From Macrostomum lignano (lineage: Eukaryota): a stretch of DNA of 64,000 bases. The DNA lies in assembly GCA_002269645.1 (NCBI GenBank), contig NIVC01000446.1, positions 496,001 to 560,000 on the forward strand, written 5' to 3'. Every line of letters starts with the position of its first letter. Positions within the stretch are counted from its first letter, which is position 1. The notes beneath the pieces were generated by a model that saw nothing but the letters and a program-made list of their open reading frames with translations, was not told the DNA's origin and did no database searches. Shown here piece after piece: positions 51,604 to 64,000 of this stretch. A program made the translations under genes and the position numbers.

Positions 51604-51969
51604 CTACATCTCTCGCTTTCCAAGCAGACCAGAGTACATCTCTCGCTTTCCAAGCAGACCAGAGTACATCGCTCGCTTTCCAAGCAGGCCAGAGTACATC
51701 TCTCGCTTTCCAAGCAGACCAGAGTACATCTCTCGCTTTCCAAGCAGACCAGAGTACATCGCTCGCTTTCCAAGCAGGCCAGAGTACATCTCTCGCTTTC
51801 CAAGCAGACCAGAGTACATCTCTCGCTTTCCAAGCAGACCAGAGTACATCTCTCGCTTTCCAAGACCGCGCTCCAACACCCGCTTAGAAGCAAGAGCGCT
51901 CTCTAGTTGACCAAAATTGTCCAGCAGAACATAGACTACCAGCAGCAGAAGCAGTGGATACTTCATCAT
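51604..51969 (-). CDS. Neuropeptide precursor: signal peptide, VLERGL-amide, 6x EMYSGLL-amide, 2x AMYSGLL-amide
   Basis: Hydrophobic N-terminus MMKYPLLLLLVVYVLL. 30-bp repeats encode KR-(E/A)MYSGLL-G-KR (dibasic cleavage plus Gly amide donor). A TAG at 51604-51606 cuts a ninth copy. Confidence 0.93.
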   Translation of the reverse strand: MMKYPLLLLLVVYVLLDNFGQLESALASKRVLERGLGKREMYSGLLGKREMYSGLLGKREMYSGLLGKRAMYSGLLGKREMYSGLLGKREMYSGLLGKRAMYSGLLGKREMYSGLLGKREM

Positions 51970-52603
51970 CTGATTTCTAGGAATGATTCTGTGCCAATCT
52001 AAAAAAATAATTGCTTGGTTTTTTGATCAAACTCAGAAAATGATGGACACAAACATTGACAAATAATCTTTTAAATTATTAAATGAAGTGTTGTTATAGT
52101 AAGGACATAGTTTAGGAGGTAATTCAAATTTGCTTTTGCGCTACTTTGAGTAGTTTTATTTCCAGAAATACCAGTAGATAGGTTAGTGAAGGCTTTGCGG
52201 GATGGGGGCACATGACGAAACCTGACGAGAGCTGCCCATTTGCAACGTTTTCCCAGATTTGAGAGAGAGTAAGCAAAATTTTAGAAATTTTAAGCATAAT
52301 TTTTCTTAAACCGACAGTCAATCTGAAGAAATGTCCATAAAAATTCGAGCACATTTCCTGAGCCATCCCAAGTGAAGAGAAGTACTCTAGCATCACGGAA
52401 TTTACATGCCTAGTCAGACAGTATTAAGAGGACTCAAGATAAGAGTAATGACTGCCGCAACTTCAGCGGAAAATGATTTCTAAGAAATACTGATTTTCTT
52501 GGTAAGCAAATAAAATGCAATTCGAAATATTTCCACTGACAAAATCAATACTGGTAGAGCCATTGAAATAGCTACTCAATCAGCGGGTTATTATGAGCGT
52601 AGA

Positions 52604-54138
52604 TTGGGACAGGTGAGGTTGAGGCTATTAGTGAGTGCAGTTGAGGCTATTTGTGAGGTGGAGTTGATAGTGAATTAGTGAATGGGACAGGTAAAGGTGA
52701 GGCTATTAGTGATTGGGACAGGTGAGGGTTGGGCTATTAGTGAATGGGACAGGTGAGGGTTGGGCTATTAGTGATTGGGACAGGTGAGGGTTGGGCTATT
52801 AGTGATTGGGACAGGTGAGGGTTGGGCTATTAGTGATTGGGACAGGTGAGGGTTGGGCTATTAGTGATTGGGACAGGTGAGGGTTGGGCTATTAGTGAAT
52901 GGGACAGGTGAGGGTTGGGCTATTAGTGATTGGGACAGGTGAGGGTTGGGCTATTAGTGATTGGGACAGGTGAGGGTTGGGCTATTAGTGATTGGGACAG
53001 GTGAGGGTTGGGCTATTAGTGAATGGGACAGGTGAGGGTTGGGCTATTAGTGATTGGGACAGGTGAGGGTTGGGCTATTAGTGATTGGGACAGGTGAGGG
53101 TTGGGCTATTAGTGATTGGGACAGGTGAGGGTTGGGCTATTAGTGATTGGGACAGGTGAGGGTTGGGCTATTAGTGATTGGGACAGGTGAGGGTTGGGCT
53201 ATTAGTGATTGGGACAGGTGAGGGTTGGGCTATTAGTGATTGGGACAGGTGAGGGTTGGGCTATTAGTGATTGGGACAGGTGAGGGTTGGGCTATTAGTG
53301 AATGGGACAGGTGAGGGTTGGGCTATTAGTGATTGGGACAGGTGAGGGTTGGGCTATTAGTGATTGGGACAGGTGAGGGTTGGGCTATTAGTGATTGGGA
53401 CAGGTGAGGGTTGGGCTATTAGTGATTGGGACAGGTGAGGGTTGGGCTATTAGTGATTGGGACAGGTGAGGGTTGGGCTATTAGTGATTGGGACAGGTGA
53501 GGGTTGGGCTATTAGTGAATGGGACAGGTGAGGGTTGGGCTATTAGTGATTGGGACAGGTGAGGGTTGGGCTATTAGTGATTGGGACAGGTGAGGGTTGG
53601 GCTATTAGTGATTGGGACAGGTGAGGGTTGGGCTATTAGTGATTGGGACAGGTGAGGGTTGGGCTATTAGTGATTGGGACAGGTGAGGGTTGGGCTATTA
53701 GTGATTGGGACAGGTGAGGGTTGGGCTATTAGTGAATGGGACAGGTGAGGGTTGGGCTATTAGTGATTGGGACAGGTGAGGGTTGGGCTATTAGTGATTG
53801 GGACAGGTGAGGGTTGGGCTATTAGTGATTGGGACAGGTGAGGGTTGGGCTATTAGTGATTGGGACAGGTGAGGGTTGGGGCTATTAGTGAGTGGAGTTG
53901 AGGCTATTAGTGAGTGGAGTTGAGGCTATTAGTGAGTGGACTTGAGGCTATTAGTGAGGTGGAGTTGAGGCTATTAGTGAGTGGAGTTGAGGCTACTAGT
54001 GAGGTGGAGTTGAGGCTATTAGTGAGTGGAGTTGAGGCTACTAGTGAGGTGGAGTTGAGGCTATTAGTGAGTGGACTTGAGGCTATTAGTGAGTGGACTT
54101 GAGGCTATTAGTGAGGTGGAGTTGAGGCTACTAGTGAG
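52604..54138. repeat. 31-bp G-rich minisatellite (~39 copies, ~52690-53890) flanked by related 23-24-bp repeats
   Basis: GGGACAGGTGAGGGTTGGGCTATTAGTGATT core array. Both sides carry gtggagttgaggctattagtga(g)-type units. Confidence 0.97.
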
Positions 54139-54703
54139 TAAAATTTAGGGCTGTTAGTGAAAAATGCAACTGAAAAGTGATCAATTACCAGTATTTTGAA
54201 GCAATCTTGCTGGAATTCAGAACCTAGCTGTGTTCAGTAAGTTGATGGCTCTTCAAATTATTCTTCCTGCAGTTGCCAAGCGGCGCAATTCTTCAAAGAA
54301 ATGGAAATGCTTCGCAAATAAAGATGCGAGTCTGAGATGATGGCAGCCGAGAATCCACGGGTTCCGTTTCTGATTGGATATTTGCAATTTTCTTAACGCG
54401 AATTGGTCGGAAATTTCTGGGCTGGTAAGGTTGTCAAATTTGTTTTTTTCTAATGGATTTTGGTTCCAAATTCAAAATCAATTCATTTTGCGGTTCTTTA
54501 ATACTTTATCCACTGGATTAAACTAAAAAACCGATCATTAATTTCCTGAATAAATAAGACAACACTGAAAAAGAGAGGGCGGGGTGGAATGACAAGCGAC
54601 TTACATGTAATTAATTTGCGATAGCACGAACTTTCAGTTCTGAGCCAACAAATCTAGCCCTAATTGGGGAATCTCGATTTTCAGAAACCATAAAAAACTC
54701 TGC

Positions 54704-55032
<329 letters not shown>

Positions 55033-55207
55033 TATGCAGAATTCCTAGACTTGAAAATCTCTTTACAAACTTGACTGAGCATTTTAGTCTATGTCACAAA
55101 GGCTTTACGATTGAAAGCTGATGTTACTGGAGCTTATTCCGGTAAAGTCTGAATCTCGCATTAATTGTTAATTAAGAACGACCTCCTCTTTCAAAACGGA
55201 CGCGGCA

Positions 55208-55895
55208 ATGAAATCCTCAATGCCTGCACCTTCGAATGCGCACTTGAATGTCCGCTTCGCCGACACAGCCGTCGTTCATTATCCGGCCCCGGAGCCGCTG
55301 TCCCCCACGCCGCTGGAGGTTGCAGCGGCTTCGATAAGCGACGGAGGCGGCGGCGGCGGCGGCAGCGGCGAGACTGGAGCGGAGGACAGCGGCTTGGCCA
55401 GCTTTTCAGGACCGCCTCGTTGCGGCCGAATCATTTCAAAGCGCGAGCTGCTGCAGTGCTTGAACGGGCCAGACTTTGATGCCAACATTGGCTGCCAGAA
55501 TGACCCAGAAACTGCAGTTGCAGACTCGTCTAACGTGAGCAACCTGAGCGGCGACTTGAACGCCATGGACCAGCAGTCTCAGCAGCGGCAGCAGCAGCTG
55601 AGCATGATACCGAAGTACCAGCCGATTAACAACGTACCGCCGCAGGTGGACAATCGAGGTGGCCGGGTCGCACGAGTAGCCACTGACAACATCAGGGAGG
55701 TGGCAGCTGCGGCAGTTGCAGCAGCAGCAGCAGCAGCCGCAGCCGCAGCCGCAGCGGCCGCCGCGGCCGGTGGTACAGACAAATCCAACATGGTCGGAAA
55801 GTCGACCGGAACGATGTCGTCCGCCCTGCGCCGCCGCAACCTTGCCAGCGAGAGAACAAGAAGCAAACAGTCCACCGTGTGCGCGATTCTGCTTG
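55208..55895 (+). CDS. TMEM272-like 4-TM protein, coding exon 1 (low-complexity N-terminus with poly-Gly/Gln/Ala)
   Basis: ORF from ATG 55208. Donor CTT G|gtgagg (phase 1) falls at the start of a hydrophobic stretch (TVCAILL). Confidence 0.7.
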
Positions 55896-56630
55896 GTGAG
55901 GCCTTCGACGATGTGGGTCACTTCTGGCACAGAGGCAGGACTGCCCATTCCGCTGACTTCTGAGCTCCCACAGGGTTTACAGCGGCGGTGATAGAGTCAG
56001 ACATTGATCTTTTGTTTGGTATGGCAATAGTTTTAAGCACCCATGGCCTGTTTGAAATTCCCATTGTTAAACCCAATGATAGCTATATAGAATTCCTACG
56101 AGAAAATTTGATGCTGAAAACACCCAAAACTGGTTAAACCATTGGTCAAAAAAGGAATTTTTAAAATTCAAATGTTGTTTACAAGTGTTCTAATGGTCTT
56201 TAAAAAAACTAACTTTGAAATCAGCAACCCCCCCCCCCCCCTACAAAAACTGCAAAACAATTCTTGGTACTTGCCTAAAAATCATGAACTTACAGGTTAC
56301 AGCAGTAGCAAGTGATGCTATTATAAGTAGTATCGTGCAAAAGAAAAACAAGGGGCAATTATAAATCTTTCTCGCAACCAAGAACGGCAGAGTTTTTGTG
56401 GAACTTTTTAATTAAACACCCATTATACTCATTTGGTTAGTGAAGAGAAAAGTCAGCAAACAATGAACAATTATCAATATTTATTATTGTTGATCAAGCG
56501 CGTCGCCACCGGAGGGTCCAGGGGGGCAGGTCTCCCCAGTGAAAGCTATGTGGGGACAGGCCAATGCTTTGTTCCCCCACTCAACCTTGTGACCCGTTAT
56601 GGAAATTAATAATCTTGCTTCAGGGCGACA

Positions 56631-57354
56631 AAATGAGTGCCTGCGGCGCTAAAATGAGTGCCTGCGGCGCCAAAATGAGTGCCTGCGGCGCCAAAATGAG
56701 TGCCTGCGGCGCCAAAATGAGTGCCTGCGGCGCTAAAATGAATGCCTGCGGCGCCAAAATGAGTGCCTGCGGCGCTAAAATGAATGCCTGCGGCGCCAAA
56801 ATGAGTGCCTGCGGCGCCAAAATGAGTGCCTGCGGTGCCAAAATGAGTGCCTGCGGCGCCAAAATGAGTGCCTGCGGCGCCAAAATGAGTGCCTGCGGCG
56901 CCAAAATGAGTGCCTGCGGCGCCAAAATAAGTGCCTGCGGCGGCAAAATGAGTGCCTGCGGCGGCAAAATGAGTGCCTGCGGCGCTAAAATGAGTGCCTG
57001 CGGCGCCAAAATGAGTGCCTGCGGCGCTAAAATGAGTGCCTGCGGCGCCAAAATGAGTGCCTGCGGCGGCAAAATGAGTGCCTGCGGCGGCAAAATGAGT
57101 GCCTGCGGCGCTAAAATGAGTGCCTGCGGCGCCAAAATGAGTGCCTGCGGCGCCAAAATGAGTGCCTGCGGTGCCAAAATGAGTGCCTGCGGCGCCAAAA
57201 TGAGTGCCTGCGGCGGCAAAATGAGTGCCTGCGGCCTCAAAATGAGTGCCTGCGGCGCCAAAATGAGTGCCTGCGGCGCCAAAATGAGTGCCTGCGGCGC
57301 CAAAATGAGTGCCTGCGGCGCCAAAATGAGTGCCTGTGGTACCAAAATGAGTGC
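56631..57354. repeat. 21-bp minisatellite (~34 copies) in the intron, preceded by a GC-rich MITE-like end at ~56495
   Basis: AAAATGAGTGCCTGCGGCGCC repeats. Confidence 0.97.
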
Positions 57355-57477
57355 TGAGAACACCGATTCTGAAAATAATGAAAACTGCAAGTCTAACACA
57401 AACTCAGCAAATTAAGTTGCAGTTTCGGCCGGCGCGAGTTTCTGTCATTTGTACCCACCTCAAAATTTGCCTTCCAG

Positions 57478-57890
57478 TGTTTCTGCTGCTCATCCTGCCC
57501 ATCACTATGGTGGTTGGCACTGTGACTCAGATCTCATCCGGCTGCCGAATCTGGTTGGACTCGCCCATCCTGCTCCTGGTCATCGGCCTGTGCTCAACCG
57601 TCATCGCAGTCATGGCGCCGCTGTTTCTCTTCCGACTGATGGGAATTCGCTGCCTTGAGGATCTGATCTCCATCTGCACGATTGCTGTCATCACCATTGC
57701 CCTGGGTGCCATCATCTTTGCGCTGTTGCTGGTGATCACCGGTGGCATGCTGTTCCACCCGGAGAAGCAGGAGCAGCACCGGGTGTGCAGCCAGTTCATT
57801 AAGAAGTTCATCATTGCCAGCGTCGCGGTGCTTTGGTTCTTCATAGCGCTGGCTCTACTGCTGTTCTGCTGCGACGTCATCATGTCCTGA
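57478..57890 (+). CDS. TMEM272-like 4-TM protein, coding exon 2
   Basis: Acceptor tttgccttccag|TG (phase 1) gives TVCAILL-V-FLLLILPITMVVG. Four hydrophobic helices, loop cysteines and a terminal CC resemble TMEM272 (from memory, not searched). Total 366 aa. Confidence 0.75.
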
Positions 57891-60800
57891 CAGCCGCGGT
57901 AACAACCTGAAAGGGATATTTACTTTGAGTATAGAATTACAAATTGTCATTCTTATTGGGGGTGCTTCAAAAGAAAAATATTAGTTAAAATTCGGTTTTT
58001 TTGTCAGTGCAACGTACAGGGCAAAAGTATATGGTCTGATGTAAGCTAATTTTTTGTATCGAATAAGTTTAGTTTTATTCGCAAAGCAAATGCAAAATGA
58101 GCGCACAATGATATCAAAACTACTATTGACAATTAGTGATTTTACAAGTGATTTTTTTACAAACCGGAATTCTATGCTTTCCCAACTGGTTATGAATAGT
58201 CTAACATGTTACTTGAAATCCTGCCTCAATAATACGAAAATCGATAACTTCAACTTGCAGCCTTCAGCATTGCTTCCTTGTACTGGGCTTGCAGAAATTG
58301 TTGCTATTTGAAAAAAAAGGTAGAAATATTTCAAGTGGCATCTCTGCGTACACATCAAACCAATGCAAAATGGAGTGCATCTGTATAATTCGGAGTTGAC
58401 AAGCGGACAAACAGACTTATTTTGTGTGGAGTTAATAGCTGGAGTAGAGTCCATCGTAGAAGTCGGCGTTTGAATACGGCGACAGGAAACAGAATGGATG
58501 GTCCGGGACCATCGCTTGGAACAGAGCCAACCTCTCTGGCATCAACGCCCTCACAGGACAAAAGGCGAGCATCGCAGATTCACGCGGACGTCAGGAACCA
58601 GACCGTTTAAGGTAGAAGAACTGCAGACAACTTCGCTGTAGCTCCCCATTGCCTGTCCACCATCGCGATCTCAGCGCCTTGTCTCGAAGTCGTCCGGAAT
58701 GCAGAGGCCGAAAAGCAGCTCGGCAGCATCCAGTCTGGAGTGACTCTGACGTCATTGAGAATTTTTAACGCAGCTGATAGTTTGCCGAGGCTGAAGTGCA
58801 GCTTTTATTGACTAAGAAGGACAAATTTTTCTTATCTGCTAAAGTACACTCAGATTACTCACTACAGCTTGTGTTTCATCTGATTTTGCCAACAAAAAGC
58901 GGGTTTTTGCTGAAGCATTTCTGCAAATACTTTATTTTCTGTCTTTGGGACAATTCTTTCCATATTTTGCCTCTGCTGAAGAGAAATCTCCCTATAGCGG
59001 CTTGATTTCATCGCTTTTGCTTGAAAACGCTTTGCCTATTTTCAAAGATACGAGACAGGGATACAGTGAGCTCACATCCTCTCTGAAAAAATGTGACAAC
59101 CTGAGCAATTTATAAAGTAATCTTTTCTTTAATCTCCCTGCATCTCCCTATTCTTTTCAGCAAATTCAAATCTATGCAAGCATCGGGGACGCATGAGAGA
59201 GGCTGTGGGTATTTTTGGTAGCGAGAAAGCAGATCGCCAGCGCTTCAATGCTTAAATGCAGCCTCCCCCCCCAGGTGATTCGCTTTTGAATTATGTAGCG
59301 CGCAAAACGGTGAGCTGGGGGAGTCGACCGGCTGTTTATTCCCCTCTTATCTCTCTCTCCCTATCCTCTCCATGCATAGTTCGGATACAAACGCAGTCAA
59401 TACGCTTTGTGCATCTGGGAAGGGCTCAACTATAAGCCTCAAGCACCTGGGTCTGCACAGTCAAAGTCGAGTAGAAAGAGAAAGGATGGCGGACACAGAG
59501 AGCTGCACGCAAAACGCAGCAATAAGGTAGAGGGAAGAGTCGGAACACACCTGAAGTCCTAGCCTAAGCCCTCGACAGAGGAGAGAGACAGTTTAAGATG
59601 AGGTTTAGTTAAACTCTGCCAATCTTCAGTGTCGCAGCGGTGTCTGCTATATAGTGCGACGTCAAGGATGCGGTCACGAATTTTCGGACAGCAGCTTGTT
59701 CTCAAAGGATTGTATTTGAACTTTGAGTACTCGTATAAGATGAAGCTAATTATGCTTAAATATGCATAATTTTTTAATACTTACAAGTGGCATTGGCTCA
59801 ACTTTAGTTCCTACAAGCCCATGAAACTTTAGGCTTATGAAATTAACAAAATAGTATGAAAATGAAACTTTCCTGTTGCGCTTGTTAAATAAAAAGAATG
59901 CTAATCTTCACTGCACCAAATCAAATGCAATCATTGATTTTTCCTATCTCCGCAGTGTATTTTTTCGAGGAATTTGGCCTTCAAAAATACACGATCGTTG
60001 AGTTTAACGTCCTGTTATATTACAGTGATCCTTTTGGGGGGGGGGGGTAAATGGTTCTCCGTAAATCGAATTCTTAAGAAAAGAGGCCGACAATAAATCT
60101 CAAAAAAATGATTTTGACTGGCTAAGATTTTGGCCTTAGCCTGTCACAAATTATTGATTAATTTGGTCAGCTTTTCAGTGCGAATTTCCTTGGAATAAGA
60201 AGACTTTAAATTCTTCGGCTCCACTGCCGAAGATGCTGACAATCATTTTTGTTGTGAGCAGCATCCTCGTTGTGCGTAAAAAATCAGACACTCTAGCTAT
60301 GTTAAAACCGCAGGTTACAACAGCTTCTGTTACAGGCGTCAGTGCTGATCAGCTGACCATCTCATGGCTTACATGTCCTATATACTATATAGGCTCTATC
60401 CAGACAGTCTTCTTATCTCTGGCCAAGGAGAACCACAGCTAGAATCTGGAATGACTTGCACAGCAGGAGCACAACAAGTAAGCTGTCGGCTGACTGACAG
60501 GCAGCGCAGACAGCAGTTGATAATCACCTGACAGGTGGGAACAACCACTGCCCTGAGCTGCCCTCGGCGCCTTCGCCATTCTGTGAGACAGGGAGGCTGA
60601 ATGCTCACCCACGCGCCCCCTCACTGAGCCTCGTCCTCGCCTCACCTACCCAACTGTTCCCCAGCTACTCCCCATCCCATGCCTCAGCCTCTCATCTTCA
60701 TTGCATCCTCTTCTTCTTTCTGTCGTCTCCGTTTTCTATTTCTCCCCTATCTTCCAGCGGGTTCCCAGAGCTCTGTTTAAATGTGAGCGCGACTGTCCCC

Positions 60801-60990
60801 ATGTGTGGAACGTTCACCTCGCACTAGAGTATCCAAAGTTCTTTGATTGCAGATCCCTCTGACTCCTCTGTTACTGCTGCTGTCCCGTTGACCCTGCCCG
60901 CATCCTAACTGGGGAGCTGAAAATTAATACACTGAGCGACTGGGAGAAGCGATCAAAGGCGTAAGAAGACACTGAAGAAAAGGTAATTGT

Positions 60991-61806
<816 letters not shown>

Positions 61807-62029
61807 ATCCATCTATATACACTTGTCTATAGTCTAATGTGCGGAATATGCAGCTCATTGAATTTTATTGAATGAAATGAATTTAGTTCCTAAAAAGGAA
61901 TTCATCAAAAAGTGAATTAAAAAGCCAAGAAAATCCTCATTGAAAAGATCGGAAGAAGTGATGGAAATTGCACTTTTGCCTAATTAATTCCAATGCTTAA
62001 TGGCTAGTTTTTTACATTATTTTTTACAG

Positions 62030-62397
62030 AAGACAAGCTGAAATTTAACTGCGACTTGTTAATCAGCAAGCAGGCAATGAGTCAAAGCTGGGACGTGGCT
62101 GTGAAGCCGAAGCTACTCACAGTAGTCAACTCGCACAAGATCGTTCGGGCACGGCAGTCGACTTTCACGCCGAACTGCCTGCAACGGTTGCGCGAGTTCT
62201 CCGCCCAGTGGCCGCAGGAAGCCAGCGGCAGTTCAGCGGCGGTTGGCGCGGATCCCGAAGCCTTCCAGGTGGCGCCCAGCGAAATTTTGCTGCCAGACTT
62301 CGTCTGCGAGGTTCGGCTGGGGCCTCCGGTGGAGCCGCTTCGAGTGCTGCTGGTTCTGGCCGACTCTCTGGCGCTGCTCACCCACACTAATGCTCAG
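62030..62397 (+). CDS. Internal exon of a PH-domain-containing gene
   Basis: Acceptor ttttttacag|AA, open frame DKLKFNCDLLISK...LTHTNAQ, donor CAG|gtgtgt (phase 0). Confidence 0.75.
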
Positions 62398-62421
62398 GTG
62401 TGTTGTGCTCTGCAATAATTC

Positions 62422-62933
<512 letters not shown>

Positions 62934-62967
62934 GAAATAACCTGCAACCGAAACAAACTCTCTGAAG

Positions 62968-63945
62968 GTCGCCGCCGAGATCACTCGCTGGACAGACCAG
63001 GTTATGAGCAAGGCGCAGTGGCAGGCACTGAGCAGCGAGATGACCTCGCACCTGACTGTGTTTCTCCACCACGCCAGGCTTGAAATCATAAACTGCTACT
63101 CAATCATGATCTCATCGCAATGCCTACGCATGGAGTTCACCCCAACCAGCTTCAACTCGCAGAGCCTATTCGAGCTGCTGTGCGCTGCCAAGCAGCTGGA
63201 CCTTACCAGCTTGTTCGTGTCTCTGCCGCTGGAGGCCAAGCCCAACTTTCTTGGCCTGCAGTCGCAGTCGCGTCACGTTTCCCAGGCGTCCTTGCTGTCG
63301 CAGGTTCCGCTTTCGTCCAGTCCTTGCTCCACCAAGTTCTTTAAAAAGAAATTCGACTCGCTGTGGGGCTACTTCAACTTCAGCGCCCCGGTCATTGAGA
63401 ACTCGAAAATGTTTTACGGGGCCATCGCCAATGCCGATCTGGAGAGCAATATGAACGTAGCCAGGAAGGCCAAGGCCAAGCGTCAGAAACTGTGGACGGT
63501 GCTGAAAGGCGGCACGATGTACATGTTCAAGAAGCGGAGCGGCGCCTGTAATGCCGAGTACGAAATAGACTTGGAAAACTTATCGGAACTGGACGTGACT
63601 GAGGACACGGTGGGCGCCGGTAAGAAGGACCTTCTGGCTGGTGCCATAGCGATGACCGGAGGCGCGGCCAAAACTCTCGTGCTGCGCTTCTCAAACTCAA
63701 AGAAGTGCGTCTACCTGACACCGCTCGATCGGTTCGACTTCAAACGCTGGGAGGAGGCGCTCAACGCTGTGCTGCGCGGCGAGCGACGCCTCGAACAGCG
63801 CACGCTGGAGTGCATGAACAAGCTCCAAGCCAGGCGCATTTCCGGCCTGAGCAACTCCTTCCACAACCTGTCCTCGGCGAATGACAGCAGACAGGAGTCG
63901 CCAACGACTTTCAGGCGAAACGACGGCAAGCTCGGGCTTACGATA
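62968..63945 (+). CDS. Internal exon (326 codons) containing a PH domain
   Basis: Open frame not in the track because it runs to the window end. KRQKLWTVLKGGTMYMFKK...YEIDL...LVLRF...VYLTP...FKRWEEALNAVL is a PH-fold pattern. Donor ATA|gtaagt. The acceptor ctctctgaag is weak. Confidence 0.8.
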
Positions 63946-64000
63946 GTAAGTGAACCCCCCCCCCCCGAACACACTGGGGAACGGCTATTCCAGACGGGTC

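Noticed and set aside
56564-57415. KMSACGA and ALILAPQ repeat ORFs
   Set aside because: A 21-bp unit is open in some frames by chance; it lies inside the phase-supported intron 55896-57477.

Overview
Repeat-rich eukaryotic (invertebrate animal) genomic DNA with spliceosomal introns. TTAGGG tracts, GC-rich exons and very long tetranucleotide microsatellites are reminiscent of a free-living flatworm such as Macrostomum, but the species cannot be determined here. Most ORFs in the supplied track are antisense or repeat shadows, so gene models were rebuilt by hand from splice sites and reading phase. Genes: (1) minus strand, a giant Thr/Glu-rich repeat protein with a >6.4-kb exon running off the left edge and probable upstream exons at 9040-9676 and 12081-12683; (2) a 4-exon RNF115/RNF126-like RING-H2 ligase; (3) a 3-exon Shisa/CX-like type I membrane protein with a PPxY motif; (4) an amidated neuropeptide precursor encoding 8 copies of (E/A)MYSGLL-amide, with a TAG interrupting a ninth copy; (5) plus strand, a 2-exon TMEM272-like 4-TM protein; (6) a partial PH-domain gene at the right edge. 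The largest structure is a 19.7-kb head-to-tail array (23422-43126) of seven non-autonomous Helitron-like elements from two families. It has CTAG|TC and CTCG|T(C) junctions and A|TC...CTAG|T outer ends, and carries minisatellites, tRNA-like boxes and TTAGGG tracts. Smaller finds are a decayed Penelope-type hammerhead ribozyme, a CORE-like tRNA SINE, and a 63-bp 28S rDNA fragment altered exactly at the R2/I-PpoI cut site.
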